Source: Cirrosporium novae-zelandiae (Eukaryota). Taken from it: a stretch of DNA of 64,000 nt. Location: assembly GCA_026023565.1 (NCBI GenBank), contig JAPETS010000026.1, forward strand, positions 372,001 through 436,000, read 5' to 3'. The notes below the pieces were generated by a model, which saw only the letters and a program-made list of their open reading frames with translations, was not told the DNA's origin and searched no databases. The position numbers and the translations under genes are program-made. Positions 12,601-24,443 of this stretch are shown here, one piece after another; position 1 is the stretch's first letter, and each line of letters starts with the position of its first letter.

Positions 12601-15600
12601 TGATGAATTTGATATCTTGATTAGGGTATTTGGAACGGTGGTACGCATAAAGGAATTATAGGGATTGAGAGGACAGAACGAGAAGTAGGCAGTAGGCAGT
12701 AGGCATTCGAATCCCGTTTAGGTGAAGCTTTACACATGTCTCGTCTTTGGAATGTATTTATGCTATGCCATGCTATCCAGTGGGAATCCAGTCTAGTCAT
12801 TCATACTTCATTTTACTGGTTAGGAATTGCTTTATATGGAACTTCTCAATAATGTCTTGGATATAACCCCCACGGAAATTATCCCGGCACTCATCTGTTT
12901 GTTTTTGAACAAGATTCCCCCACCCACCAAGACAAGAATAAAGTATTAGAATATATCAATGACGAAAAGCTGCGTCGGCTATTTTGATAGTGGGGTTAGA
13001 TAGATTTAGTAATTCGGCTATATTGGTAGAAATATAATATGAAGGGACATTGGCGAATCAATACTTCTGAGTAGCCACCCTGAAGGAATAGAAGGATGCA
13101 ATTGTGGCCTTATCAATCCACTCCGAGGATATGCACCTTCATAAGGAACCCCATTAATCCGAGAAGCGAAGACCAAGACTCCTCCCAATTTGCTCTAATC
13201 CCACAATTAAGTCTCACGTTGGTAAATACGTATATCTGAGACAGTGCTGAGAGGTTTTCCCCTCATATGGTTATTAGATGGTTTAGGAAAAATTTTCGAC
13301 TATTTACCTTTTCAAGGTCATTGTAGGCTAAACGCTTGAGGCCAAGAACACGCGATAAGGTTAAGTAACCCAATCCAAGAACGAAATCCAACAGGTAGAC
13401 CAAGAGATTGCGCAATTAGGCAACCATGCTAGAAATATTCCGTCTGAGCTATTAAGTGGATAAAGGTCGGAAACTTCTTCAGATATAAATGCTCTTCCAT
13501 GGGTAATAAAGGGCGTGGCCAATAGACGTTAAGGCATGTTCTAATATTGGCTGCTGATATACGCCATCTGAAGGTGATAAATATTCTAGGATGGCACCGT
13601 GTTCCTGTGATTGGCGCTCGGCTGTGGATATCATGGTCAATGTTGAGGTTTTTACCAAAGTTATGCCATGCCTTCTGCCTTATGAACCATAGCTCAGTTA
13701 CAAAGAAATATTATAATTAGCGCTCAGGTTGTGGGGTCCGAAAACAAATTCTGGTTTGTTGAAGTTAATATCCTAATGGTGTCATAGATTATCAAACGGA
13801 TAGAATTATTGAAGGCTAGGAAGCTAGATCGTGATCCACATTTTCTCGGGTGCTTCATATGTAATTGCTAGAGATAAGGGCGCTGGCAACTTCTTGCGAT
13901 GTATGTTTGATGTTGGCTTTGTGGTTAAAGGAGTTGAATATTGATTTAGCAAGATGAGAAGAGGGCGCAGTGCTGATGCATGATCGAGGTAGGACAACTA
14001 AGCTTGGTCCAGTAGTTCGTTTAGACATGCACAACCATATCAGATTGCGGAACATGGCATATAGAATGCCTAGTTTGACAAAAGTGTAGGGTATAAAATT
14101 GATGCAGCCAAGAGTAGTTGGAGGAATTGATGATTGTGCAATGACGAGAATGAATTAACCCTTTTCTGCTGTTTTGAGGGAAATAAATTACACCACCAAT
14201 ATTTTCATGCCCGAGATTGAAACTGGGTGCGTGCGTAGCCGCATAACTGCATGTCATTGCGGAGTTTTTGTCTACTCGAGTAGACCATACTATTTCGCAA
14301 GGCTGATATCATTAAATCAAGAATTGTCAATCAAGGAGACATAGGTCAAGAAGCCTTAGGCAATTAGCCAGATTTGGGGGCCAGAATCAGCTTATGCTTG
14401 GGTTAGTTGAGAGCAAGATAGTGGACAATGTACTGATCATCGGGTTTGGTTATCTTACACTTGCGTCACAAGCAACTGCGAGCGGCATATCCATAAATCG
14501 GAGATATATGTAGTCACACAACTGTGTGCCCACAAATGGGACTGGAGGAGTTAAATTAGCTTTCCAAATAAAATAAAATCCAGGCAACTGAAAACAAATA
14601 TTCTGTTCAGGAATGAAACATTTGTCTCACTCCTATGACAACGAAAATTTCTTATTACAGAGCATTGTCTTAAGTCATCATATGGTTGAAATGTCTTTCT
14701 CAATGTCAAGATTCCCAGTATCCCATCAGTGAATGCACTCTACCAAGTTTGAAAAGTATTGAAAGCTTCAAGCCAATGCTTGCCCGAATAATTTCTTATA
14801 TGTTGCATCTTCAGATAATAAGACAAGTCGATCAAGGGACTGGAGGAGTAGGTTCTAACGAGAGAATGCAGCTGCATCAGAAGCGTTCCTAAGTCGAATC
14901 AGAAAGCTGACACTAGCGATGTCATATTTCTTCACCAGGTCAGATAGACCGAAGTCATCTCAGCGATGGTGGAATTATATGCTGAAAAATAGTAAAGGCC
15001 CAACGGTGGATGATCTAAGAGCTTTAACTGTCAGCTTTGCCCATTTCATGGAAGCTTGCTTCATAAGATAGGTACCTAGGTACGGTGCAGTACCAGCCTC
15101 ACACACACCAACTTAGCTTACCGGTTGAGTTGATAATCTCTGACAATGGTCAGTACATGATAAGATGGGATCAATCTCTTAGGTAGATTATGATAATCTT
15201 GTGTATATTTTTGAAGTGTGTGAAGTGAAAGATGAAAGGTTAGGAAGAAGTGCCGGGACAACTAAGCTGGAGAAGCAGCCCTATGAAATAAGATTAAAAG
15301 CCCTGCAGGGACAAAACTTTATTACATTGTTGGTCTGTGCTTTTTAATTGCCGTCAGCCCCCGATTCCGTTGACGTGTTCCGATCTCATACTGTGTAGAC
15401 GCGATACCTGTACCAAAGTTTTCTTCAATAATTATTTCTCTTCTTGGATACAATTTCAATTGAGTTGCAGCAGCGTTTTTATATCGTATCACTTTCTCCT
15501 ATTTGTCGTGCGATTCGATAGCCTCCATAAAAAGGCCCCCGGCTCGGGTCCCTCTCCACTCTAGTCGGATTTGGCTTCTATGCGCAATGAGATGAGAAGT

Positions 15601-15628
15601 TGCAATTAATACGACTATGTCTTTTATC

Positions 15629-16938
15629 ATGGCAATCGACTCTTGGGACCAGCTTGTCCCCATTGCCATTCTCATTGGGGCGGTGGTTTTCTTCGTAGTA
15701 TGAATTCATCTAAAATTTGCTTACTGCTTAATGAAACCTGCTAATCATCATGAAGGGCATTGTTCCACTTACATTCTTTGTTGCGCCTACATATCGAGAA
15801 CCTGAAGAATCCGAGAAGAAATATCAAACAGTCCTTTCAGACGGCTCAGTCAGTAAACCAAAAGACCTACCATGTTGGTACGACGTTCATCTTGAAGACG
15901 ATTCACATTTATTTGAGGAAAAAGAAGAGGGAATCCATAGACACTCTCCGTTCAAAATTGAGCCGGCCGAAGTATTCTTATCTCTAGTTGTGCCCGCCTT
16001 TAATGAGGAGAAGCGTCTGGGCGAGATGTTGGATGAAGCTGTCAATTACCTGCAAAAAGAGCTTGGGATTCCTGCGACTGCTTCAGAGACCAATGGTGTT
16101 CGGAAAAGAAAATCAGATGAACCTCAGCAGAATGGATATGTTCCTATCAAATTACAACCAGCAGAACCAAAGGGGTGGGAGATTCTGGTAGTCTCCGATG
16201 GCTCGTTTGATGATACAGTCAATACAGCACTTCGCTTCGCACGAGAAAAGAATATTTACGAACACCCTGATTCAACGAATTCAACAGCATCCATACGAGT
16301 AATCAGCCTTTCCGAGAATAGGGGCAAAGGCGCAGCGGTTACGCATGGAATGAGACATGTACGAGGAAAATATATTATATTTGCAGATGCAGATGGTGCA
16401 ACTAGATTTCAAGATCTCGGGAAGTTGATTGAGAAATGTCGGGAGGTTGAAGATTCACAAGGTCGCGCGGTAATTGTTGGTTCACGATCACATTTGGCTG
16501 ATACTGCAGCTGTCGTAAAGGTTGGTTCCATCTTGAGACATTTTCTTAATTATTTGGGTAATAACATTTGCTCACTAGCGATCACATTTCCGAAATATTT
16601 TAATGAAAGGCTTCCATGCATTTATCAAGTTCCTTACGCCGAAGAGGACTAGTACGGTGAAAGATACGCAATGCGGTTTTAAACTATTTTCAAGGGAATC
16701 TTTGGTTTACATTATTCCATTTATGATATCAGAAGGATGGATCTTTGATGTCGAAATGCTCATGCATGCCGAAGCTTCAAACATCCCTTTTGCAGAGGTG
16801 GCGGTTGACTGGCATGAAATCCCAGGCAGCAAGCTCAATGCTCTACAGGCAAGTTTTGGAATGGCGTTTGGTCTGCTCGGTCTCAGGTTTGGATGGCTAT
16901 TGGGAACATTTACAGTCAGGCAAAATAATCATCGTTGA
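15629..16938 (+). CDS. ALG5: Dolichyl-phosphate beta-glucosyltransferase (GT2 family)
   Basis: Exons 15629-15697, 15756-16520 and 16579-16938. N-terminal hydrophobic anchor; motifs 'LSLVVPAFNEEKRL', 'NRGKGAAVTHGM', 'IFADADGATRF' (DxD), 'DTQCGFKLFSR', 'GWIFDVEML', 'WHEIPGSKL'. Confidence 0.93.
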
Positions 16939-17351
16939 AGCATGTTCTTGGGAGTTTAAGATGCGTTGTATTATTCAGCGTCTGGGTTAATTGTTTTACA
17001 AATGGTTATATACCTGTAAATTATGCCCACATGCTCCTAGCATCTCTGCTGACTGCAAGACCTGCAAGACCTGTGGTAGATACTGTGGTACTGTGGTACT
17101 GTGGTACTATGGTATGATGTAAAACTTTGCTTATCGATAAGAATTCTATATCAACAATCAATCAAGCAGTCGCCTAGACTCCCACGCCTCCGCACTTCCC
17201 CTCTTTATGTTCGAGAAAACTCTGTCCTTTATTTTGATTCTATCGCCTGGAAAATCACTTGAAACTTCTTAAAACTTCTTCTTGTAAGTCAATCTAATAA
17301 TTATATATCTCTTTTAATATTTGACTTGAGACTCAGTCCAAATACCTTGCC

Positions 17352-18404
17352 ATGCCATTCTCCTTCCTGCAGCTCATCCCAGAGCTTCGAAACATGATAT
17401 ACGAGTATGCATTGGTTCGGGGGGAGGTATACCCATACGAATACCTCCAGAAGCTCAAAATGAATCTCCCAATAGCATTCGCAGGTCAAGTTGGCTGCAG
17501 GTTTATCGACATGGCTTCCCAAGCGGATTTCTACCTCCACCTCGACAGATACGATCTAGCCACAAAAGCCCTCCACTTTACCATGTCTGGCCGAAAGAAC
17601 CCCCCAACAGTCGCACTGTTGGGGACGTGCAAGCAAATCCGACAAGAAGCCCGCAATATCTTGTACTCCCAGAACACATTCGTGTTCAAGCATCACGACA
17701 CAGCATACACCTTCTGGTATCGAGTCCCTGTAGACGTCTTGGACAAAATCTTCTACGTCCACGCAACCATGGAATTTGCCCCAGAGCAGTACTCGCCCCT
17801 CCCACCACGGAAATTCCGCCTCGTGATAGAAACCCTACGATCGCTCGATCTCCCGATTGAATACGACACAGCACGATGGATCGAAAGCGAAGTGCCCAAA
17901 CACTCCCGCTTAGGCCGTCCGAGACCCTTTCACGTAAACCATCCGACAACTATGCTGGGGTGTCACCAAATACTACTAAAGACGCTCCGGTCCTTCCACA
18001 ACCTGCGGCGGCTGACACTTACCTTTATGTTCTCCCGCCCCGATTGGAGCATCGGTCTCGGCCAGTGGTACCAGTTCTTCATAATCACGATGCGGCATTT
18101 GAACTCTGGGGGGTTGTATCACACCGATGACCGCATCAGTGACAGTGATCGCGAGTACGATGACCCCTACGGTTTCATCAACACGACCGGCGCCGATATT
18201 GTCGTTGTGGGCTTGCATAATCACTGTCCTTTGGGTCATTTTGTTCCTTATGTTCCTGTTGTTCCTGCTGCTGTCCTCGGCAACAGAAATCTGCACCCTC
18301 TGGCCGCCAGAGAGGTCTTCATGAAAAAGTATTTCCAGAGACGTCAGGTTCTAGAGCAGGGTGCGTGTGGTTCCAGGGAAGGTTATGTAAAATCCGATTT
18401 ATAA
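17352..18404 (+). CDS. Hypothetical protein with F-box/2EXR-like N-terminal motif
   Basis: Single 350-aa ORF. The start 'FSFLQLIPELRNMIYEYAL' and 'ALLGTCKQIRQEARNILYSQNTFVF' match a pattern common in expanded fungal F-box-like families. Confidence 0.75.
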   Translation: MPFSFLQLIPELRNMIYEYALVRGEVYPYEYLQKLKMNLPIAFAGQVGCRFIDMASQADFYLHLDRYDLATKALHFTMSGRKNPPTVALLGTCKQIRQEARNILYSQNTFVFKHHDTAYTFWYRVPVDVLDKIFYVHATMEFAPEQYSPLPPRKFRLVIETLRSLDLPIEYDTARWIESEVPKHSRLGRPRPFHVNHPTTMLGCHQILLKTLRSFHNLRRLTLTFMFSRPDWSIGLGQWYQFFIITMRHLNSGGLYHTDDRISDSDREYDDPYGFINTTGADIVVVGLHNHCPLGHFVPYVPVVPAAVLGNRNLHPLAAREVFMKKYFQRRQVLEQGACGSREGYVKSDL

Positions 18405-19109
18405 TACTAAGAGCAACAGCTGCGGGGCCAAATCTTGTTGATGAGGGTTTTTTATATAATGTGTGTATAGCTATATGTAATGTATCCATCTAAATATAAT
18501 ACATACATCTATTAATCCAACGTTCTCATGTATATATGTATCCTCATCTCCTGTCTTTTATACATATACATCCAACCCCCCTTTCCCTCTTTCTTTCCTT
18601 TACATCCATCCATCCCCTTCTTGAGGAGGAAGGTGGAAGGAGGGAAGGAGGAGGGGAGAGGGAAGAAGAATAGGGGGAAGGAGAGGGGAACGATGTCACA
18701 GCCATTAGTTCTTAGTTCCTAGTCCCTTCATTAGCTCTTCATTAGTCCTTCATTCATAAAAAAAAACGAAATATTTATTCCATATCCCATATCCAAACCC
18801 TCCCCCCACCCCCCCCCTTTCCTAATCCCTAGAATCAGAATTCACTTTTGAATCAGGAACAGCCACATAAGCTAAGTCAAGACAAGAAAAGATCTAATAT
18901 CTAAATAGGGGATAGGGGATATAAAAATGAGAATGAGAGAGAATGAAAGAGGAGAGAGGAGAGAGAGAAAGAAGATTTACTTACTTGGTTTAATTATTTA
19001 TTGTGAATATCGATGAGGTCGAGCTACATAATAACTAGGTATGTAGGTAGGTAGGGAAAGAGATTGAGGGATCAAACGATGGAATTTTCCTTTCCTTTTC
19101 CTTTCCCCC

Positions 19110-19135
19110 TTCTTCTTCTTCTTCTTCTTCTTCTT
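19110..19135. repeat. (CTT)n microsatellite
   Basis: Direct reading: about 8 CTT units. Confidence 0.9.
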
Positions 19136-19231
19136 AGTAGCATCAGCACCAGCCATACATATCCAACAAACCCCAATCACTAATTAAATCCTCCATTAGT
19201 TACCCCATTCCTTCCACCTTCCATCCATCCC

Positions 19232-19448
19232 AGAATAATTGTCAGCTCGCCCCACTTCGACAGAGGGGGGGTCTTCGTTTCTCGTATTTTAATCCGTAAT
19301 TTCAATTTTCGTAGTTTTTCTTTCCATTTCTAATGGCTGTCAGCCACTCTCCAGTAAAATACTAAAATATTACAACAAAAATTAACTACCTAGGTATATA
19401 AAGCTGGGGTGCACGAGCCCTGAAGTTGGGCGAGCTGACAATTATTCT
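19232..19448. mobile_element. Foldback / MITE-like element with 27-bp terminal inverted repeats
   Basis: 19232-19258 AGAATAATTGTCAGCTCGCCCCACTTC is the reverse complement of 19422-19448 GAAGTTGGGCGAGCTGACAATTATTCT with 1 mismatch. The interior is non-coding. No clear TSD. Confidence 0.6.
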
Positions 19449-19959
19449 AGCATCGACTACTAGGTAAGTAAGCCTCATGGGTGAGCAAGCGGGGGGTTGA
19501 TTCCCCCCCTCGCCCCGCCCTTCTACTATCTTCCACCGTGAATAATAAACTAAAATTATTCAATTCCAAGAAAAATTGATAAAGGGTGGAGGAGGATGAG
19601 GGGCTGAAGTGTAAAAAGCTCCGTGGCCTTGGAAAAAGAACAAGGGAGTTGAAGGGAAAAAAAAGCCTATGATGGCAAGGCACCAAGGGCCAAGAAAGGA
19701 TTTTTGGACATCTTTCTTCGGAAACTCCCCTGGCTGCTGTGTAACTCTCATCGGTGGCAGTTGATAAGAAACCAATTGAATAGCTTCTATTGTTCCAGCT
19801 TTAATTTATTTTTTTAAGCTAACCTCGTTATAATGAGCAGCCGCACCATAGCCCCAGTCGCCTGAACTATGAATGCTCTTGGACTATATATTTGAAGTTG
19901 TGCGACTGAATAGGTGTAGTGTTTTAATAACTATTCCTTCTGCGACAGCTATAACAGCC

Positions 19960-20773
19960 ATGAGTCCTAATACCAAGGATAATCTTACTCAAGATCCGCC
20001 TACAGCTGCTCAAACCGAAGCCAGTGAGAAAATCGCCCAAAACCGAAATTCTCAATCAATAAATCCTTCTCAGCACCATATCAACGCTCAAACTAAGAAA
20101 TCTGCAAAGAGCTTTGAGCTTGACAAGAGTATACAATTTATATTGAATTTTATTCTTGCGGTGCTTGGAGTTGCAGCCGCAGTGGTTTTCGGCATCTGGG
20201 CACCTCTTTCCTACAAAGCAACTGCTGATGGAAATCGTGGTAATGATGAAGCACAACAAGCATTGTTGGATGCTGTCGCAAGTGTAAACGACGTAGCATC
20301 TTCTGCAGCAAGTGTACAAAGCTCCAGGCTCAATGATTTGCAGGGTCGGCTGCAAGCTATTGGAGAGTTGGCGATGGTGGACTTTTGTGTTACACAAACA
20401 GTACGTCTCAAATCCTGGGTTTATGGTAATCTGATGTATATGATCGGATAGATTAACCATACTTTTCTAGACTCTGGCAGCCTGCGACTCTTTGCTTTCG
20501 AATTACCCTATCACAAGCCTTGTTAGCTACCTAGGACCAAGCACCGTGCTCTTTTCAAGTCAATCATCCACCGGAATAGGCCCAACTGCAAGTGTGCAGC
20601 CGACCTTTGTTTCAACTAGTCCGCGAGCGTCACACATCTCGGTGCCGGGAATTTTAGGAATCATCTTTGGCGCCTTCATTTTTGTTGGAATGTGTCTAGG
20701 ATTTTACATTGTGCAACGTCGAAAGAGACATATGTTCAAAGAACAGGAGTTGCTGGCGACTGAGAGCCATTAA
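19960..20773 (+). CDS. Hypothetical membrane protein with two predicted TM segments
   Basis: Exons 19960-20400 and 20471-20773 (intron GTACGT...TTCTAG, in frame). Hydrophobic stretches 'FILNFILAVLGVAAAVVFGIW' and 'GILGIIFGAFIFVGMCLGFYIV', the latter followed by basic RRKR. An upstream in-frame start at 19873 is possible. Confidence 0.75.
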
Positions 20774-20805
20774 AACCACACGAGTAGAATAAATGGGCCT
20801 ACTTC

Positions 20806-23553
20806 TTATCTAGGATCCTCAAATCCGTGTAGTCCCTCAGTTGAGTTATCAATAGGTTCCTGGAATGGAAAGGCGAAATCTGGATGGCCTGGTTCTCTTA
20901 GAGCATCAGTGTACTGTGTTTGAAGAAAACGCCTATCCCACGATGCCTACGATAGAAAATATTAGCCGAATTTAACTCTGGTTGCCCGTAGAAAATTTGG
21001 AGAAATGATGAAAGAATATAGGGAACATTATAAGATGGATATATTTACCCAGTCGAGATTCGTTGGTGAATCTATCATGCTCTGAATCATGTCCAAGTTT
21101 GAAGTAGGGAAAATGTTTACCGTATTTGGTTGATTACTCCAGTTCTGAGATTCACCCATGGATACTGTTTGATCCATTGGCTGAGTTGTAAGGATTCTAT
21201 CTGTCTGCATAGGCATAGCATCCGGAATTTCTGGGTGTAATTGGCCAATATCACTAGTGGAAGTGCTCGTATAAATATTGTTACTCGGTGATTCACATGC
21301 TGGGCTGGTCATTTTAACTTTCCTAAGCATGATTTCCATGGCCAAGGCAGCTTTTGATGCATCTGTCGAGAAACGGCTGGCTGCAGTCCAGATTTGAAAT
21401 GCTTCTTCAAGTGCCTGTAACATATCTTCACGTTTCCAAGTATCTGGAACGTTCCCTGACTCTGCAGGATTATCAGACTCGTCACTGATGGTTCCATTCC
21501 TTATCCCTTGATCAAGATCAAGACAAACAATCATAGCAGCGAGAAAGAAACCAAAGTTTACGGTAGATGATGACATGCACCATGCGACTTGACAAAGTTT
21601 ACCTCCTGGTTGAGTTGCTTGGGTGCAAATTGACTTGTGTCGCAAGGTCTTCATTGCGGCATCTACGCATGACCGACGCGAGTAATGATACTGTTGGTTT
21701 GATTGACCAGGTATGAGATATTTCCGATGCAAGAAACAACGAGCTTTTTGAAATATTAGGTCAAGAATTACTCGTCGTAGGATCATAACAGGTGCATCGA
21801 TTATGGAACTTTCCATTGGCCGCATTTGTAAATGGGGAGGGAGTGAACGATATGTATCATGGAGAAGGGAATCTAGCCTCATGACTTCGTTGTAAGAAAC
21901 AGGTTGCATAGAATTGACCTGATCCACTATCATAGCATAGACCTTTAAGAGTTTTATCTTCTCAATCGCATAACCAATTACCGTAGATTCTGTCATTGGC
22001 CTCGATGGAGGTAGAATTTCTGTGGTTTCGTCAAAGTCGTCGTCAAGAAGATTATGAGGTATTTTGGTATCTGTCTCCCATGATTTTATAATAGTAGGGA
22101 GGCCAACCTGAGAAGAAGTTAAAAGCTCTAGTTGTACGATGCCTATCCAAATACGCCGTCGCATTTCTCCGTGGAATACGGATATATTTGGAAAATGTGC
22201 AGCATCGCGGTGGTATCCCATTCTCATAGCTAGACGGACAATCACTCCACAAAGCATTGAAATGCCGAATTGGGTATCACGGCTTCGATATATCTCACAT
22301 GTGGAATACAATAAAAGGGTCTCAATAGTATAAGTAACGGGTTTTGTGTAGTTTCCAAGGATAAGGCATTGGACCGTCTTCTCTCGGTATAGCTTGAATG
22401 CTTCCTCCGACGTACTTGGAGATTGAGCATGTTCATCTCCAGAATGAAGATGGAAAAACACGGCTAAGCTCATCATGCTATACAAAAGGCCTATCCACAT
22501 CACTGAAGCGGCCGAAGGATTCTCCCAAAATCGCACATACTGGGAATTATTAGTTATGCAGAATTAACAACGAGATGCTTTATATTACCTCTTTTTGAAA
22601 AGTGGGAGTATGGGTAATCACTATTTCACTATCAGCATTCAAGCAGATTAAAGAAGCGGTTCGGTAAGCCTACAGGAAGCCATGTCCATTGAATTGAAAT
22701 ATTGTGAAATCAATCCATTCACAACAGGTTGTGGTGGAATGGAGTCTAGTATTTCAGCCTTGGTAATATAGTTGCGGCCTCCAAGGAGGATTTCCGGCGT
22801 TTCGCTTCCTAGTTCTGTATTTACAAAAGTGGGCCTGTAAAAACCATCTTCGCGGGAAAAATATCCCTTTACTTCTGCGATCTGGGATTCGTTAAACCAT
22901 TAGCCCACCAGTGAAATGATACCACAATAGTAACCAAAGTGAAAGAAAGCATGATAGAGCACAAAGACATTGCCTACATCATCAAGAATGGCTGCCCAGT
23001 GCATACTTCCCACATAACTTGTCTCGGAATTCTGATGGGATATGCTCAAGGTCCCAAACGAATCCATGACTTGGTTATGGTCAGGATCATTGTTTTCATT
23101 GTCTGGATTTTCTGTCCTAATTCTGTGATTATCTGTTTGTCCGTTGCTGATGGCTTCATCTATAGGAATTCCTGATTTCCTTCCATCCGCAACACCAAAT
23201 TCATTTGTGTTCACATTGTTCATTAGGGCCGTAACTAGTTCTTCTAGGTGGTGTATCCGTTCCTGTACATTGATGGTATTCGCAGGTCGTCGGACCGGTT
23301 GGGGAAGATTGTGTACATAGGTGCACGCTGATACAAGGCCACGTTTTGTACAATTTTCGCATGGTTGGTGTCGATTGCATTTCAGCCTAGATATTGATGG
23401 TTAGTGGGGTGATATAATGGGCGGGGGATCATCTCCTTACTTCCTTTGCCTACATGAAGTGCAGGACATCTGTGGTTTATTCCTTCGCCGACTAGCTTTG
23501 CGATGCTCGTCATCAGTGTCCATACTTGTTGATAAAGGTGTAAGGTTTGACAT
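20806..23553 (-). CDS. Zn(II)2Cys6 transcription factor with fungal-specific TF (middle homology) domain; multi-exon
   Basis: Spliced binuclear cluster 'SCTSCRQRK|LKCNRHQPCENCTKRGLVSAC' (intron 23440-23387), 'SYVGSMHWAAIL', 'RLAMRMGYHRD', 'EMRRRIW'. The last exon ends ...EDPR* at 20806. Start 23553 or 23523. Confidence 0.9.
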
Positions 23554-24443
23554 ATTATATGAAGTCACATATAAAAAAGACTAAAAGTTTGATTTGCAAG
23601 CTCAAGTGAGGGGTTGAGGCACAAGATAAACTAAGGAATTCTAGATTTGTATCTCTTAGACGGCATAAACGCAAAAGGAAGATTAAGAGATGAGCATCCC
23701 TGGACAATGAGATTCAGGTTAAAGCCTGAGAGCTTGTGAACTTGAAGTTACAATTTGATACAAGCTGAGATTCCAGAAGGTCCCAACCCCTCGGCCGAGC
23801 TATGGAATTACGGGGTTACCTTTGTGTAAACTAGTTTGTCTTGTTTGCTACTGTAGAACGCGGCCCCCCTTGCGGGTAGACTAGTCTAGGAACTCCTTAT
23901 ATTTATACCGGTTGGATACCACCTATAGATATTGGTACAGCTGGTGGAACTGTATAACGTGATCGAATTGTAATAGAGATACAAATAATAACAGTAACTG
24001 GAGAAATTCTTATACCATAGCTTTTCGAACAGTGTGTTGTTTTGCGAACAGTTCCAGATGTTGCGGATTGGCGTTTATCAGGAATGAAAATGCGTGATCA
24101 TCTTTATTTTGCAACTGCGCCTGGAAACAATTCTCTGTATATTTCTCAGAAAAAAAACGGAATCGTTAGTCAACTTCCTGTTATATAAGGATCATTCGGG
24201 GACATTCGGGGACTCGGACAAAGACTATTAGACCAAAATTAGGCATGTTATAAAGTTATTTGCATTGCAGGCATGCTTTTTATTTGTTTAGTTACTGGCC
24301 AACTTTTACGACTGCAGCTAGCACACATGTATCCATTATACCTCAATAACATGATTCTATTGGGAACAAGGTTAGCCATTTTAGGCTCGCACTCTCAAAC
24401 TATGAAATCTATCCTTGGTTCTATTAGATACACTCCAAATCTC

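Noticed and set aside
10000..15500. Short ORFs and coding-like fragments (about 13.0-14.1 kb)
   Set aside because: Frequent stops and no identifiable family.
19488..19520. GGGGGGTTGATTCCCCCCC hairpin resembling a tRNA T-arm
   Set aside because: It lacks the TTC motif and any upstream cloverleaf or A-box.
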